Shown here: positions 1 to 7,388 of the stretch, one piece after another
How positions within the stretch are numbered: the first letter of the stretch is position 1
Layout of the letters: each line of letters opens with the position of its first letter
IMG/VR virus record: IMGVR_UViG_2565956716_000003
DNA length: 9,787 bases
DNA from: a virus
Lineage: Duplodnaviria; Heunggongvirae; Uroviricota; Caudoviricetes
Reading direction: 5' to 3' (one strand)
The notes under the pieces: model-generated
Told to the model about the DNA's origin: nothing
The model's database searches: none
The model's input: the letters and a program-made list of their open reading frames with translations, nothing else
Made by a program: the position numbers and the translations under genes

Positions 1-1236
1 CTATGATAACCGCGCATTCAACATGGCTATCTGTTCGTCGTTCATGTCATCAATCCACATACCGTAAATTTCATACACCATCTGCGCAGTTTCATGCCCC
101 ATTTGGCTGGCTATAAATGCCGGGTTCGCTCCTGCCGTCAACAGCCAGCAGGCAAAAGTATGCCGCGTATGGTACGGATTACGGCGGCGAATACCAGCAC
201 GTTTTACTGCTGCATTCCACCTTGCCCCCAAACTGCTTACCGAGTAATAAGGTTTTTGTTTTCCGTTACACTCCCTGGGCATGAAAACAAAATGCAGTTT
301 TTGCTTTTCGGTTCTGCCGTACTCCCGATGATAAAAGGTGATTTCGCTTTTGCGATGATGCCCGGTCAGTTTGTATTGCTCCTTCAGTGCTTCAAGAGCA
401 GGCTGCAGTAGTGTTACTGTCCGGATCCCGGCATTTGTTTTTGGGGGACCGAACATATCAAGTATCGTCAGGTTTCTTCTGACATTCACTATTCCCTTTT
501 CGAGATCCACATCCTCCCACGCCAGAGCTGCCAGTTCCCCGTGACGAAGTCCTGAGTAAACTGCAAATTTCCACATGTTCTGGCTCTGTCCTTTTTCACT
601 TTCCATTAATGCATTGAATTCTGTTTTAGATAACGGATCAGGCTTTATTCTGTTTCGCTGTAATTTTTTTACTCCTTCAAATGGTTTGGTTGATATAAAT
701 CCCGACTGATACGCAAAACGTAACAGCGAACAGAGCAGGGCGATATAGTTATCAACTGTGCGCACGGTTCTTCCTTTTTTGTTGGATCTTGGATTATCCA
801 GGTAAAGCGTTTCTCCATGCAGCAGTTCATTCCGGTAGTTTAAGATATCGCTATAACGAATATGTGATATCAGGGTACTTTCACAAATTATTATTCTGAG
901 TGTTTTTAATTGTGATTTCGTTTTCTTCATTGTGTTTGTTGTTAACTCTGTCTCTTTAATTTTCGTCCAGATATCACAAAGCTCTCCGAACGTTTTTATG
1001 ACTCTCGTTGTCACCATTTTTGCCCCAGTGCTGGACTGGGGAAAACGTCTTAAATACTCAAATTCACCGGAGTTTATTTCATGAACTATCAGCGCTCTTA
1101 AATTTCCGGCCTTTTTAATATTACTGTTTGTAATCTCCCAGCCTTTTAATGTTTCCCGACATCGTTTTCCTCGAAACATGAACCAGATGCGAATGTATCT
1201 ACCTCTAATCTCGACACCTGTTGGTAATTTAGACAT
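1..1236 (-). CDS. intR: Tyrosine-family site-specific integrase, Rac-type prophage (411 aa)
   Basis: Complete ORF: ATG at 1236-1234 (cat on + strand), TAG stop at 3-1. Translation contains an integrase box I-like segment (GLRHGELAALAWEDVD) and a C-terminal HTRHTFACW segment typical of tyrosine recombinases. Matches my recollection of E. coli Rac IntR in sequence and length. Start lies 1 nt from the stop of the upstream excisionase ORF. Confidence 0.93.
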   Translation of the reverse strand: MSKLPTGVEIRGRYIRIWFMFRGKRCRETLKGWEITNSNIKKAGNLRALIVHEINSGEFEYLRRFPQSSTGAKMVTTRVIKTFGELCDIWTKIKETELTTNTMKKTKSQLKTLRIIICESTLISHIRYSDILNYRNELLHGETLYLDNPRSNKKGRTVRTVDNYIALLCSLLRFAYQSGFISTKPFEGVKKLQRNRIKPDPLSKTEFNALMESEKGQSQNMWKFAVYSGLRHGELAALAWEDVDLEKGIVNVRRNLTILDMFGPPKTNAGIRTVTLLQPALEALKEQYKLTGHHRKSEITFYHREYGRTEKQKLHFVFMPRECNGKQKPYYSVSSLGARWNAAVKRAGIRRRNPYHTRHTFACWLLTAGANPAFIASQMGHETAQMVYEIYGMWIDDMNDEQIAMLNARLS

Positions 1237-1237
1237 A

Positions 1238-1453
1238 TCATGAGTCTTTGATAAACTGATTTATCTTTGGATAGTTGTACCAGATAATCCCTCGTTTGCT
1301 GTCTGGCTTACCTAAAGGAGATACTCGTTTGAAGTGGAAGCCCTCCACCCAACAGTTCTGGCGGTATGCTTCAATTTGTCTGGCCCCCAGACCAGTGCGA
1401 AGCATCAGGCCGTATTCAACCATCCACTCTTCATTAAAGATTACTTGTGCCAT
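1238..1453 (-). CDS. xisR: Excisionase-like small DNA-binding protein (71 aa)
   Basis: ORF track gives 1238..1477; I place the start at the internal ATG (cat at 1451-1453), giving [10 protein letters not shown]..., which matches the recalled 71-aa YdaQ/XisR. Stop TGA at 1240-1238 abuts the integrase start, the usual xis-int arrangement. Confidence 0.8.
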   Translation of the reverse strand: MAQVIFNEEWMVEYGLMLRTGLGARQIEAYRQNCWVEGFHFKRVSPLGKPDSKRGIIWYNYPKINQFIKDS

Positions 1454-1552
1454 CGCATCACCTCTGGCAGGCGCCAATGTTAGACTGAAATTGACGCCCG
1501 ATGTTGATTATTAATAATCAGCTATGAAGTTTTAATTTGAATACAATGCAAT

Positions 1553-1741
1553 TCACGAGGACTGAAGTTTCTCGCAATTAAAATTTATCAGTTTTACTTT
1601 CTGCTCTCTGGAAACGCCTGCTTCTTTTTTACCTGAGAGCATTTTTTCGCATTCTGATTTCGTTAGTTTAGATTTTGAATATCTTGTCCAGTTAGTAGGA
1701 GTGCTACCTTCCTTTTCAATAGTGGCGGTAATTTTATACAT
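1553..1741 (-). CDS. ydaC: Small Rac prophage protein of unknown function (YdaC-like, DUF1187)
   Basis: ORF track gives 1553..1813. The internal ATG at 1741-1739 is preceded on the minus strand by a strong SD (GGAGGTG, about 5 nt spacing), so I prefer that start (MYKITATIEKEG...). Start overlaps the 3' end of ralR by 8 nt. Identity from recalled YdaC sequence; function unknown. Confidence 0.65.
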   Translation of the reverse strand: MYKITATIEKEGSTPTNWTRYSKSKLTKSECEKMLSGKKEAGVSREQKVKLINFNCEKLQSS

Positions 1742-1928
1742 GAACACCTCCGTTATTATTTCCAGTGGTTCGTTTATTCCATCTTTCGAGTGCTTCTTTT
1801 TCACTTCCACCATAACCGGTTCGGGATTCGCATCCGTTACACTTCGCTCGGTAATATCCTGAAATGACTTTCACCGTTACTGATGGACAACCACAAAATG
1901 GACATGGTTTAACATTGTCATATCTCAT
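1734..1928 (-). CDS. ralR: Restriction-alleviation protein / type I toxin RalR (Lar), 64 aa
   Basis: In-frame ATG at 1928-1926 gives MRYDNVKPCPFCGCPSVTVKVISGYYRAKCNGCESRTGYGGSEKEALERWNKRTTGNNNGGVHV, a 64-aa product with a CPFCGC...CNGC Cys4 zinc-ribbon signature matching recalled RalR/Lar. TAA stop at 1736-1734. Two further in-frame ATGs upstream (1940, 1967) are possible alternative starts. Confidence 0.85.
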   Translation of the reverse strand: MRYDNVKPCPFCGCPSVTVKVISGYYRAKCNGCESRTGYGGSEKEALERWNKRTTGNNNGGVHV

Positions 1929-1984
1929 AATTTTTCTCATAAAAAATATTTCAAGTTGGCGGTGCATTACACCGCCAGGCTGAA

Positions 1985-2794
1985 TTATTCCTCTGAATTA
2001 TCGATTACACTGTATTCCCCGGTTAATACAGAGGAATCTGCAGGATCGATTGTCAGTGGTTCCTTTTCATCCATTGATACTGCACGCTGGATCTCAATTG
2101 ATACGGGCAGATATTTGAACAGGCGACGAATAGCCGTTTTCTTTGCCATTTCTTCCCAGTGAGTTACCCACGGCCCGTTATTACCAGCTTTACTCAGGCT
2201 GCGCACCAGCTCAATCTGTTTGCGCGTCATAACTTCAAACTGAGTACCTCCGTCTTTCAGCCTTGCGACAGCATAGACGTGGGTAACCGGGGCATCTTCG
2301 TTTTCTCCCGGGCGGTGTATTAACTTTTTATCAAGGCCAAATTCGAAGCTAAACTCGTCACCTTCACGGACAACACGGGCTGACAGGCTGGCGATTTGAC
2401 CAGAACGGCGAGCCAGATCAATCATGCCGCGATAGCCAATGATTAGCTGAACGTTCTTTTTACCGCTCTTTTCGTTTTTATTACCAAAAGGCAGTAAATA
2501 TGCATGACCGAGGGCGCTACCTGGCTCAAGTCCGAGCTGTGAACACTGTACGATCGCACTGACAAAACTCATAGTGTCACAGTTTCCTAACGCCGGAACT
2601 TTACGAATTTCTGTGGTGGCGATACGGATCATACGTTCAGCCGTCATATGGCGTGGAAGAGCTGCTGCCAGTTGCTCTTTCATTGATGGCTGGTTAATAA
2701 AACTAATCACGTCGCTATTTTTAACTGCTGCTGGTGCACGGTTTCCCTGAGTTTTTTGCAGATCGGCTTTTGCGATTGGTGGTTGCTTAGTCAT
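1985..2794 (-). CDS. recT: RecT single-strand annealing recombinase (269 aa)
   Basis: ORF track gives 1985..2851; start placed at ATG 2794-2792 ([16 protein letters not shown]...), giving the 269-aa length recalled for RecT. AAGGA SD lies just upstream on the minus strand. Start overlaps the recE stop (2789-2787) by 8 nt, the classic recE-recT coupling. Confidence 0.93.
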   Translation of the reverse strand: MTKQPPIAKADLQKTQGNRAPAAVKNSDVISFINQPSMKEQLAAALPRHMTAERMIRIATTEIRKVPALGNCDTMSFVSAIVQCSQLGLEPGSALGHAYLLPFGNKNEKSGKKNVQLIIGYRGMIDLARRSGQIASLSARVVREGDEFSFEFGLDKKLIHRPGENEDAPVTHVYAVARLKDGGTQFEVMTRKQIELVRSLSKAGNNGPWVTHWEEMAKKTAIRRLFKYLPVSIEIQRAVSMDEKEPLTIDPADSSVLTGEYSVIDNSEE

Positions 2795-4760
2795 TTGCAT
2801 ATTCCTTAGCCCAGCGGGGCAGTGATAATGTCTTAATAGCTGGCCATTCATCGGTATTCAGGCAGTCAGACAGGGTTCGCAGATTGCGGTGATATTCCTG
2901 TTGACCTGCCAGTTTTGCTTCTTCGCCCATCATGAAAATTTCAACCGGATAACGTCCGCATTCAATAGTTGTGCTGGCAACCAGAAAAACGAAAGTTGGC
3001 TGCACTCCAAACTGTGCTTCATAACCGTCACTGTAGAATGCATCCTGAACGTGATAGCGGTAGTCGTAATAAGCGGTTTTGAATCGTTGAATATCCGCCG
3101 TAGTTTTCACGTCCATGATCCAGTGAAATTCAGGGATAATTTTGTCCGGACGGCACCGACACAAAATTCCTGTTTCAGGATCTTCCCAGTAAATTGATGA
3201 TTCAGCGTGTCCGGCGCTTTCAACAAGCCATTGCCCCAGCGGCAAAGCCATAACGCTTTGATACATGAGTTCAATTTTCCGGCCTTCTTCCGCAGTGATA
3301 ACTGTTTTTCCTGTGCTTGCGCATTCCATCAGAAACGCTTTCTCTTCTTCTTTTCCGGCGTTTGTACGGCGGTTAAATTCAGGTGCTACGATAAAGCGGT
3401 TACTGAATTCTTCCGGTTCAAGTACCCGGCAGTGGAAAGCGGTTCCTAAATCGAGCGTTTTTGTCTTTGTGGTGTCCACGGGGGCATTTTTACGCCACAA
3501 ATATAGTGCCGGAGTATCAGCAATGTCATCGAGCTGAGACTTACTGACACCGGGACCCGCGTGGTAATTCTCATTCGAAATTCCGTAATAAATACCTGGC
3601 TCTATGTCTTCTACGATTACGGGATCTGCGACTTCGCCAGTTTCATCACTGCAATCGCGATGCGGATCGCTGCCAGCATTCTCATTATGCGGATGTTCAG
3701 CGCCTTCCATTTCCTCCGGATCATTTTCCTTAGCTTCAACCTGACTCTCTTCATCGAATGTTTCCTGGTATGTTGCGTCGCCCATCACCGCACCACAGTC
3801 AGGGCAGTTATCCCCGCCAGTCTGGCCGCAGGCATTGCAGGCTATTTCCGGTTCCTGTTGCACTACTGGCTCAGGTTGATTCATATCCGGGCTGGTTTTT
3901 TCCGTTTCTGGCTGGTTCTGGTACACACAATCGCGAGTCTGGATCCCCTTTACCCATTTCGGATCGTTCGGGTCGCTAATTCCGTCAACAAATTCACCAC
4001 GTGATGCAGCAAGCAATTTATCGGCATCGACAGGATCTTTTGATGGAATGTTTTTCCGGGCTTCATGGAGTTCTGCCCGCAGTTCCTGATATTTCGCATC
4101 AACAGAATTTACCTGTGACTGAGCATCCAGCGGCTGCGTGTCCTGATGATGTTCAGTTGCGTCCGGTTCCATTGTTTCAGCCTCTCCCTGTTCAACTGCC
4201 GTTGTTCCAGATGGTTGCGGTTTTTCTTCATCATCCTGTTTTCCTTCTTCTGTTACTCGCTGCGGCATCGGGGCAGAGGAGCGACCGCAGGCAATATCCA
4301 CGATTTCCGGATCAGGGTTGGCATGATCGGTTTCAGTCAGTACTTTGTTCAGATATTCAGTGACGTGCGCGGGGATGACCTCGATCCCAATTGGTGCTTC
4401 TTTTACGGACGCAACCACGATGGCGCGGGAATAATCCAGCCCGCCAGGCATGGTGATGAATTTGTCGCGGAAAACAGAAAAGGGCGGTTTATTTTCAGCG
4501 ATAATTTCCTCAATGCGTTTAGCGTGTGCCGGATGAAGGTTATAGATGTCCAGATCCATTGAACGGGCCAGTACGCCAGTGGCTACGTCGCGCGCCAGTG
4601 ACGTCAGATCGTGTACGAAACCTTCGCCGCGATCGGTGAGGTTTCCGCCGCCAGCATTAGCACCGGAAGCCGTGCGAGTGATGTGTGAAACACGATTACC
4701 CTTCATCCACTCTTTTGTCAGCAGTCCTCGATCGGTATAGTCAGCGTTCAGGTATAGCAT
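2787..4760 (-). CDS. recE: Exonuclease VIII RecE, 5'-truncated: C-terminal 657 codons, nuclease domain complete
   Basis: 657-aa ORF from ATG 4760-4758 to TAA 2789-2787, with an in-frame TGA only 4 codons upstream (4772-4770). Reference RecE is recalled as 866 aa, so about 209 N-terminal codons are absent. Recalled active-site residues D748/D759/K761 map with a 209 offset onto D539/D550/K552 of this ORF (codons 3146-3144, 3113-3111, 3107-3105), which I verified are GAC/GAC/AAA on the minus strand. No SD before the ATG at 4760, so expression is uncertain. Confidence 0.85.
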   Translation of the reverse strand: MLYLNADYTDRGLLTKEWMKGNRVSHITRTASGANAGGGNLTDRGEGFVHDLTSLARDVATGVLARSMDLDIYNLHPAHAKRIEEIIAENKPPFSVFRDKFITMPGGLDYSRAIVVASVKEAPIGIEVIPAHVTEYLNKVLTETDHANPDPEIVDIACGRSSAPMPQRVTEEGKQDDEEKPQPSGTTAVEQGEAETMEPDATEHHQDTQPLDAQSQVNSVDAKYQELRAELHEARKNIPSKDPVDADKLLAASRGEFVDGISDPNDPKWVKGIQTRDCVYQNQPETEKTSPDMNQPEPVVQQEPEIACNACGQTGGDNCPDCGAVMGDATYQETFDEESQVEAKENDPEEMEGAEHPHNENAGSDPHRDCSDETGEVADPVIVEDIEPGIYYGISNENYHAGPGVSKSQLDDIADTPALYLWRKNAPVDTTKTKTLDLGTAFHCRVLEPEEFSNRFIVAPEFNRRTNAGKEEEKAFLMECASTGKTVITAEEGRKIELMYQSVMALPLGQWLVESAGHAESSIYWEDPETGILCRCRPDKIIPEFHWIMDVKTTADIQRFKTAYYDYRYHVQDAFYSDGYEAQFGVQPTFVFLVASTTIECGRYPVEIFMMGEEAKLAGQQEYHRNLRTLSDCLNTDEWPAIKTLSLPRWAKEYAND

Positions 4761-5194
4761 CAGTGTTAATCACTGGCTCAAGTGGTAACGATGGTCTGGA
4801 GGGTGTCAGCTACATACCATACAAAGATATTGTTGGTGTATGGACTGTATGTCACGGGCATACAGGAAAAGACATCATGCTCGGTAAAACGTATACCAAA
4901 GCAGAATGCAAGGCACTCTTGAATAAAGACCTTGCCACTGTCGCCAGACAAATTAACCCGTACATCAAAGTCGATATACCGGAAACAACGCGCGGCGCTC
5001 TTTACTCATTCGTTTACAACGTGGGTGCTGGCAATTTCAGAACATCGACGCTTCTTCGCAAAATAAACCAGGGCGATATCAAAGGCGCATGTGATCAGCT
5101 ACGTCGCTGGACATATGCTGGCGGTAAGCAATGGAAAGGTCTCATGACTCGTCGTGAGATTGAGCGTGAAATCTGTTTGTGGGGTCAGCAATGA
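4754..5194 (+). pseudogene. P21/RrrD-type phage lysozyme (endolysin) lacking the N-terminal signal-anchor-release segment
   Basis: Translation from about 4754 reads [40 protein letters not shown]...[13 protein letters not shown], matching the recalled RrrD/R21 lysozyme from about residue 20 onward. The catalytic E-x8-D-x5-T triad is present. No ATG precedes it: the ORF track starts at GTG 4685 inside antisense recE sequence, and the first in-frame ATG (4877) is downstream of the triad. Stop TGA 5192-5194 overlaps the Rz start (ATGA). Confidence 0.8.
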
Positions 5195-5655
5195 ACAGAG
5201 TAACCGCGATTATCTCCGCTCTGGTTATCTGCATCATCGTCTGCCTGTCATGGGCTGTTAATCATTACCGTGATAACGCCATTACCTATAAAGCCCAGCG
5301 CGACAAAAATGCCAGAGAACTGAAGCTGGCGAACGCGGCAATTACTGACATGCAGATGCGTCAGCGTGATGTTGCTGCGCTCGATGCAAAATACACGAAG
5401 GAGTTAGCTGATGCGAAAGCTGAAAATGATGCTCTGCGTGATGATGTTGCCGCTGGTCGTCGTCGGTTGCACATCAAAGCAGTCTGTCAGTCAGTGCGTG
5501 AAGCCACCACCGCCTCCGGCGTGGATAATGCAGCATCCCCCCGACTGGCAGACACCGCTGAACGGGATTATTTCACCCTCCGGGAACGACTGGTAATGAT
5601 GCAGGCCCAACTTGAAGGAGCTCAGCAATACATAACCGAACAGTGTTTAAAGTAA
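5191..5655 (+). CDS. rzpR: Rz-type inner-membrane spanin (i-spanin), 154 aa
   Basis: ATG at 5191 overlapping the lysozyme stop; the ORF track start at 5179 is a GTG. N-terminal hydrophobic segment ([20 protein letters not shown]) followed by a long charged, coiled-coil-like region, typical of Rz. TAA at 5653-5655. Appears intact here. Confidence 0.88.
   Translation: MNRVTAIISALVICIIVCLSWAVNHYRDNAITYKAQRDKNARELKLANAAITDMQMRQRDVAALDAKYTKELADAKAENDALRDDVAAGRRRLHIKAVCQSVREATTASGVDNAASPRLADTAERDYFTLRERLVMMQAQLEGAQQYITEQCLK
5411..5596 (+). CDS. rzoR: Rz1-type outer-membrane lipoprotein spanin (o-spanin), 61 aa, nested in the +1 frame of Rz
   Basis: ATG at 5411 entirely inside the Rz ORF in a different frame. 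Product [20 protein letters not shown]... has a lipoprotein signal peptide with lipobox-like VVGC, then a proline-rich PPPPP segment; the embedded Rz1 architecture is well established for lambdoid phages. Confidence 0.88.
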   Translation: MRKLKMMLCVMMLPLVVVGCTSKQSVSQCVKPPPPPAWIMQHPPDWQTPLNGIISPSGNDW

Positions 5656-5792
5656 AATCTTAACTACAATATGATTTATTTTGATGATTGTTTCATAAGG
5701 AACAGTGAAGTAAGATCTAAGAGGAGTTAAATTTTATACAGTATAATCATAATATTGCAGCAAGGTGGTTATAATTGAAAGAATATTTAGAT

Positions 5793-7262
5793 ATGAATAC
5801 ATCTCATGTAAGAGTTGTTACTCATATGTGTGGGTTCCTGGTTTGGCTCTATAGTCTTTCAATGTTGCCACCAATGGTTGTAGCATTGTTTTATAAAGAA
5901 AAAAGCCTGTTCGTTTTCTTTATAACCTTCGTTATATTTTTTTGCATTGGTGGCGGAGCGTGGTATACAACTAAGAAATCTGGCATTCAATTACGTACCC
6001 GTGATGGGTTTATTATAATTGTAATGTTTTGGATTTTGTTTTCTGTTATTAGTGCATTCCCTTTATGGATTGACTCAGAACTTAATTTAACGTTCATTGA
6101 TGCTCTTTTTGAAGGGGTTTCTGGAATAACAACAACAGGAGCAACTGTAATTGATGATGTTAGTTCATTACCTCGGGCATATTTGTACTATCGGTCACAG
6201 TTAAATTTTATAGGTGGTTTAGGAGTTATTGTTCTGGCGGTTGCTGTATTGCCATTATTGGGTATTGGTGGTGCAAAGCTTTATCAGTCAGAAATGCCGG
6301 GGCCATTTAAGGATGACAAACTCACTCCCCGCCTGGCCGATACGTCACGGACACTGTGGATAACTTATTCTTTATTAGGTATTGCTTGTATTGTCTGTTA
6401 TAGACTTGCAGGAATGCCTTTGTTTGATGCTATTTGTCACGGGATTTCCACAGTTTCGCTTGGTGGTTTCTCAACTCATAGCGAGAGTATCGGATATTTT
6501 AATAACTATTTGGTTGAGCTGGTGGCTGGTTCTTTTTCCCTGCTATCGGCTTTCAACTTCACTCTTTGGTATATTGTTATTAGCAGGAAAACGATAAAAC
6601 CTTTAATCAGAGATATTGAACTTCGTTTCTTTCTGTTAATAGCCTTAGTGGTGATCATTGTTACCTCTTTCCAGGTCTGGCATATAGGTATGTATGACTT
6701 GCATGGAAGTTTTATTCATTCGTTTTTTCTTGCCAGCTCCATGCTCACTGATAATGGTTTAGCTACGCAAGATTATGCAAACTGGCCCACGCACACGATA
6801 GTGTTTTTGCTGTTGTCAAGTTTCTTTGGGGGATGTATAGGTTCAACTTGTGGTGGAATTAAGTCACTTCGATTTCTTATACTTTTCAAACAAAGCAAAC
6901 ACGAGATAAATCAGCTTTCTCATCCCAGAGCGTTGTTGAGTGTAAATGTAGGAGGGAAGATAGTTACAGATCGTGTAATGAGGTCTGTATGGAGTTTCTT
7001 TTTTCTTTATACTCTCTTCACGGTGTTTTTTATACTGGTGTTAAATGGTATGGGATATGATTTTCTTACATCATTTGCAACAGTGGCTGCATGTATTAAT
7101 AATATGGGATTAGGTTTTGGGGCTACTGCATCGTCATTCGGAGTGCTTAATGACATTGCAAAATATTTAATGTGCATAGCTATGATTCTTGGTCGCCTTG
7201 AAATTTATCCTGTTATTATATTGTTTTCAGGTTTTTTTTTGGCGCTCCTAATATATGGCTGA
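5793..7262 (+). CDS. trkG: Trk-system potassium uptake membrane protein TrkG (TrkH family)
   Basis: Long multi-pass membrane ORF, markedly more AT-rich than its neighbours. Translation MNTSHVRVVTHMCGFLVWLYSL... matches recalled TrkG. I place the start at ATG 5793; the ORF track start at 5775 is a TTG preceded by AAGGTGG, so it is a possible alternative. Stop TGA 7260-7262. Confidence 0.9.
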   Translation: MNTSHVRVVTHMCGFLVWLYSLSMLPPMVVALFYKEKSLFVFFITFVIFFCIGGGAWYTTKKSGIQLRTRDGFIIIVMFWILFSVISAFPLWIDSELNLTFIDALFEGVSGITTTGATVIDDVSSLPRAYLYYRSQLNFIGGLGVIVLAVAVLPLLGIGGAKLYQSEMPGPFKDDKLTPRLADTSRTLWITYSLLGIACIVCYRLAGMPLFDAICHGISTVSLGGFSTHSESIGYFNNYLVELVAGSFSLLSAFNFTLWYIVISRKTIKPLIRDIELRFFLLIALVVIIVTSFQVWHIGMYDLHGSFIHSFFLASSMLTDNGLATQDYANWPTHTIVFLLLSSFFGGCIGSTCGGIKSLRFLILFKQSKHEINQLSHPRALLSVNVGGKIVTDRVMRSVWSFFFLYTLFTVFFILVLNGMGYDFLTSFATVAACINNMGLGFGATASSFGVLNDIAKYLMCIAMILGRLEIYPVIILFSGFFLALLIYG

Positions 7263-7337
7263 TTTATAATTGTGAGTTTAATATTATATTGACTCACTCA
7301 TTGATCCAATACCTAACTTTACCAGCAACACCTCCGC

Positions 7338-7369
7338 CCCCAGTAGCACTGGCTGCTGGGGTGCGTTTT
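7338..7369 (+). terminator. Putative intrinsic terminator downstream of trkG
   Basis: Inverted repeat ccccagtagc (7338-7347) / gctgctgggg (7352-7361) forms a 10-bp GC-rich stem (one G-U pair) with a 4-nt loop, followed by tgcg and a T-rich run (ttttatt). The 4-nt spacer before the T tract is atypical, hence low confidence. Confidence 0.3.
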
Positions 7370-7388
7370 ATTCATAAAGCAAGGCTGT

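Noticed and set aside
94-411. Plus-strand 105-aa ORF inside the integrase gene
   Set aside because: Antisense to a well-supported integrase CDS; no start context and no recognisable domain.
1275-1514. Plus-strand 79-aa ORF overlapping xisR
   Set aside because: Antisense shadow of the excisionase ORF with a low-complexity translation. I considered it as a RalA-like sRNA location, but it is on the wrong side of ralR.
1742-1813. Upstream extension of ydaC to the ATG at 1813 (MVEVKKK..., 86 aa)
   Set aside because: It would overlap ralR by about 80 nt, whereas the internal ATG at 1741 has a strong GGAGG SD at correct spacing; the extension is possible but less likely.
1956-2162. Plus-strand 68-aa ORF overlapping the recT 3' end
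   Set aside because: Antisense to recT; no SD; likely spurious.
2795-2851. Upstream extension of recT (MNGQLL..., 288 aa) and the MQM start at 2800
   Set aside because: The extension lies within the recE coding 3' end; the 269-aa length from ATG 2794 matches recalled RecT. The ATG at 2800 remains a minor alternative.
2889-4740. Series of plus-strand ORFs (2889..3197, 3207..3449, 3265..3537, 3561..4004, 3758..3979, 4001..4363, 4146..4562, 4546..4740)
   Set aside because: All lie antisense within the long recE reading frame and have low-complexity, Cys/Phe/Leu/Arg-rich translations typical of shadow ORFs, with no recognisable family.
5775-5792. TTG start for trkG (MKEYLD...)
   Set aside because: It has a decent SD (AAGGTGG), but recalled TrkG begins MNTSHVRVV at ATG 5793; kept as an alternative in the feature note.
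5656-5792. Sigma70 promoter call upstream of trkG
   Set aside because: TATAAT-like hexamers are present, but I could not pair any with a -35 element at 16-18 bp spacing; not reported as a feature.
6382-6597. Plus-strand 71-aa ORF in an alternative frame inside trkG
   Set aside because: Same-strand out-of-frame ORF within a well-supported membrane protein gene; hydrophobic translation is a compositional artefact of AT-rich sequence.
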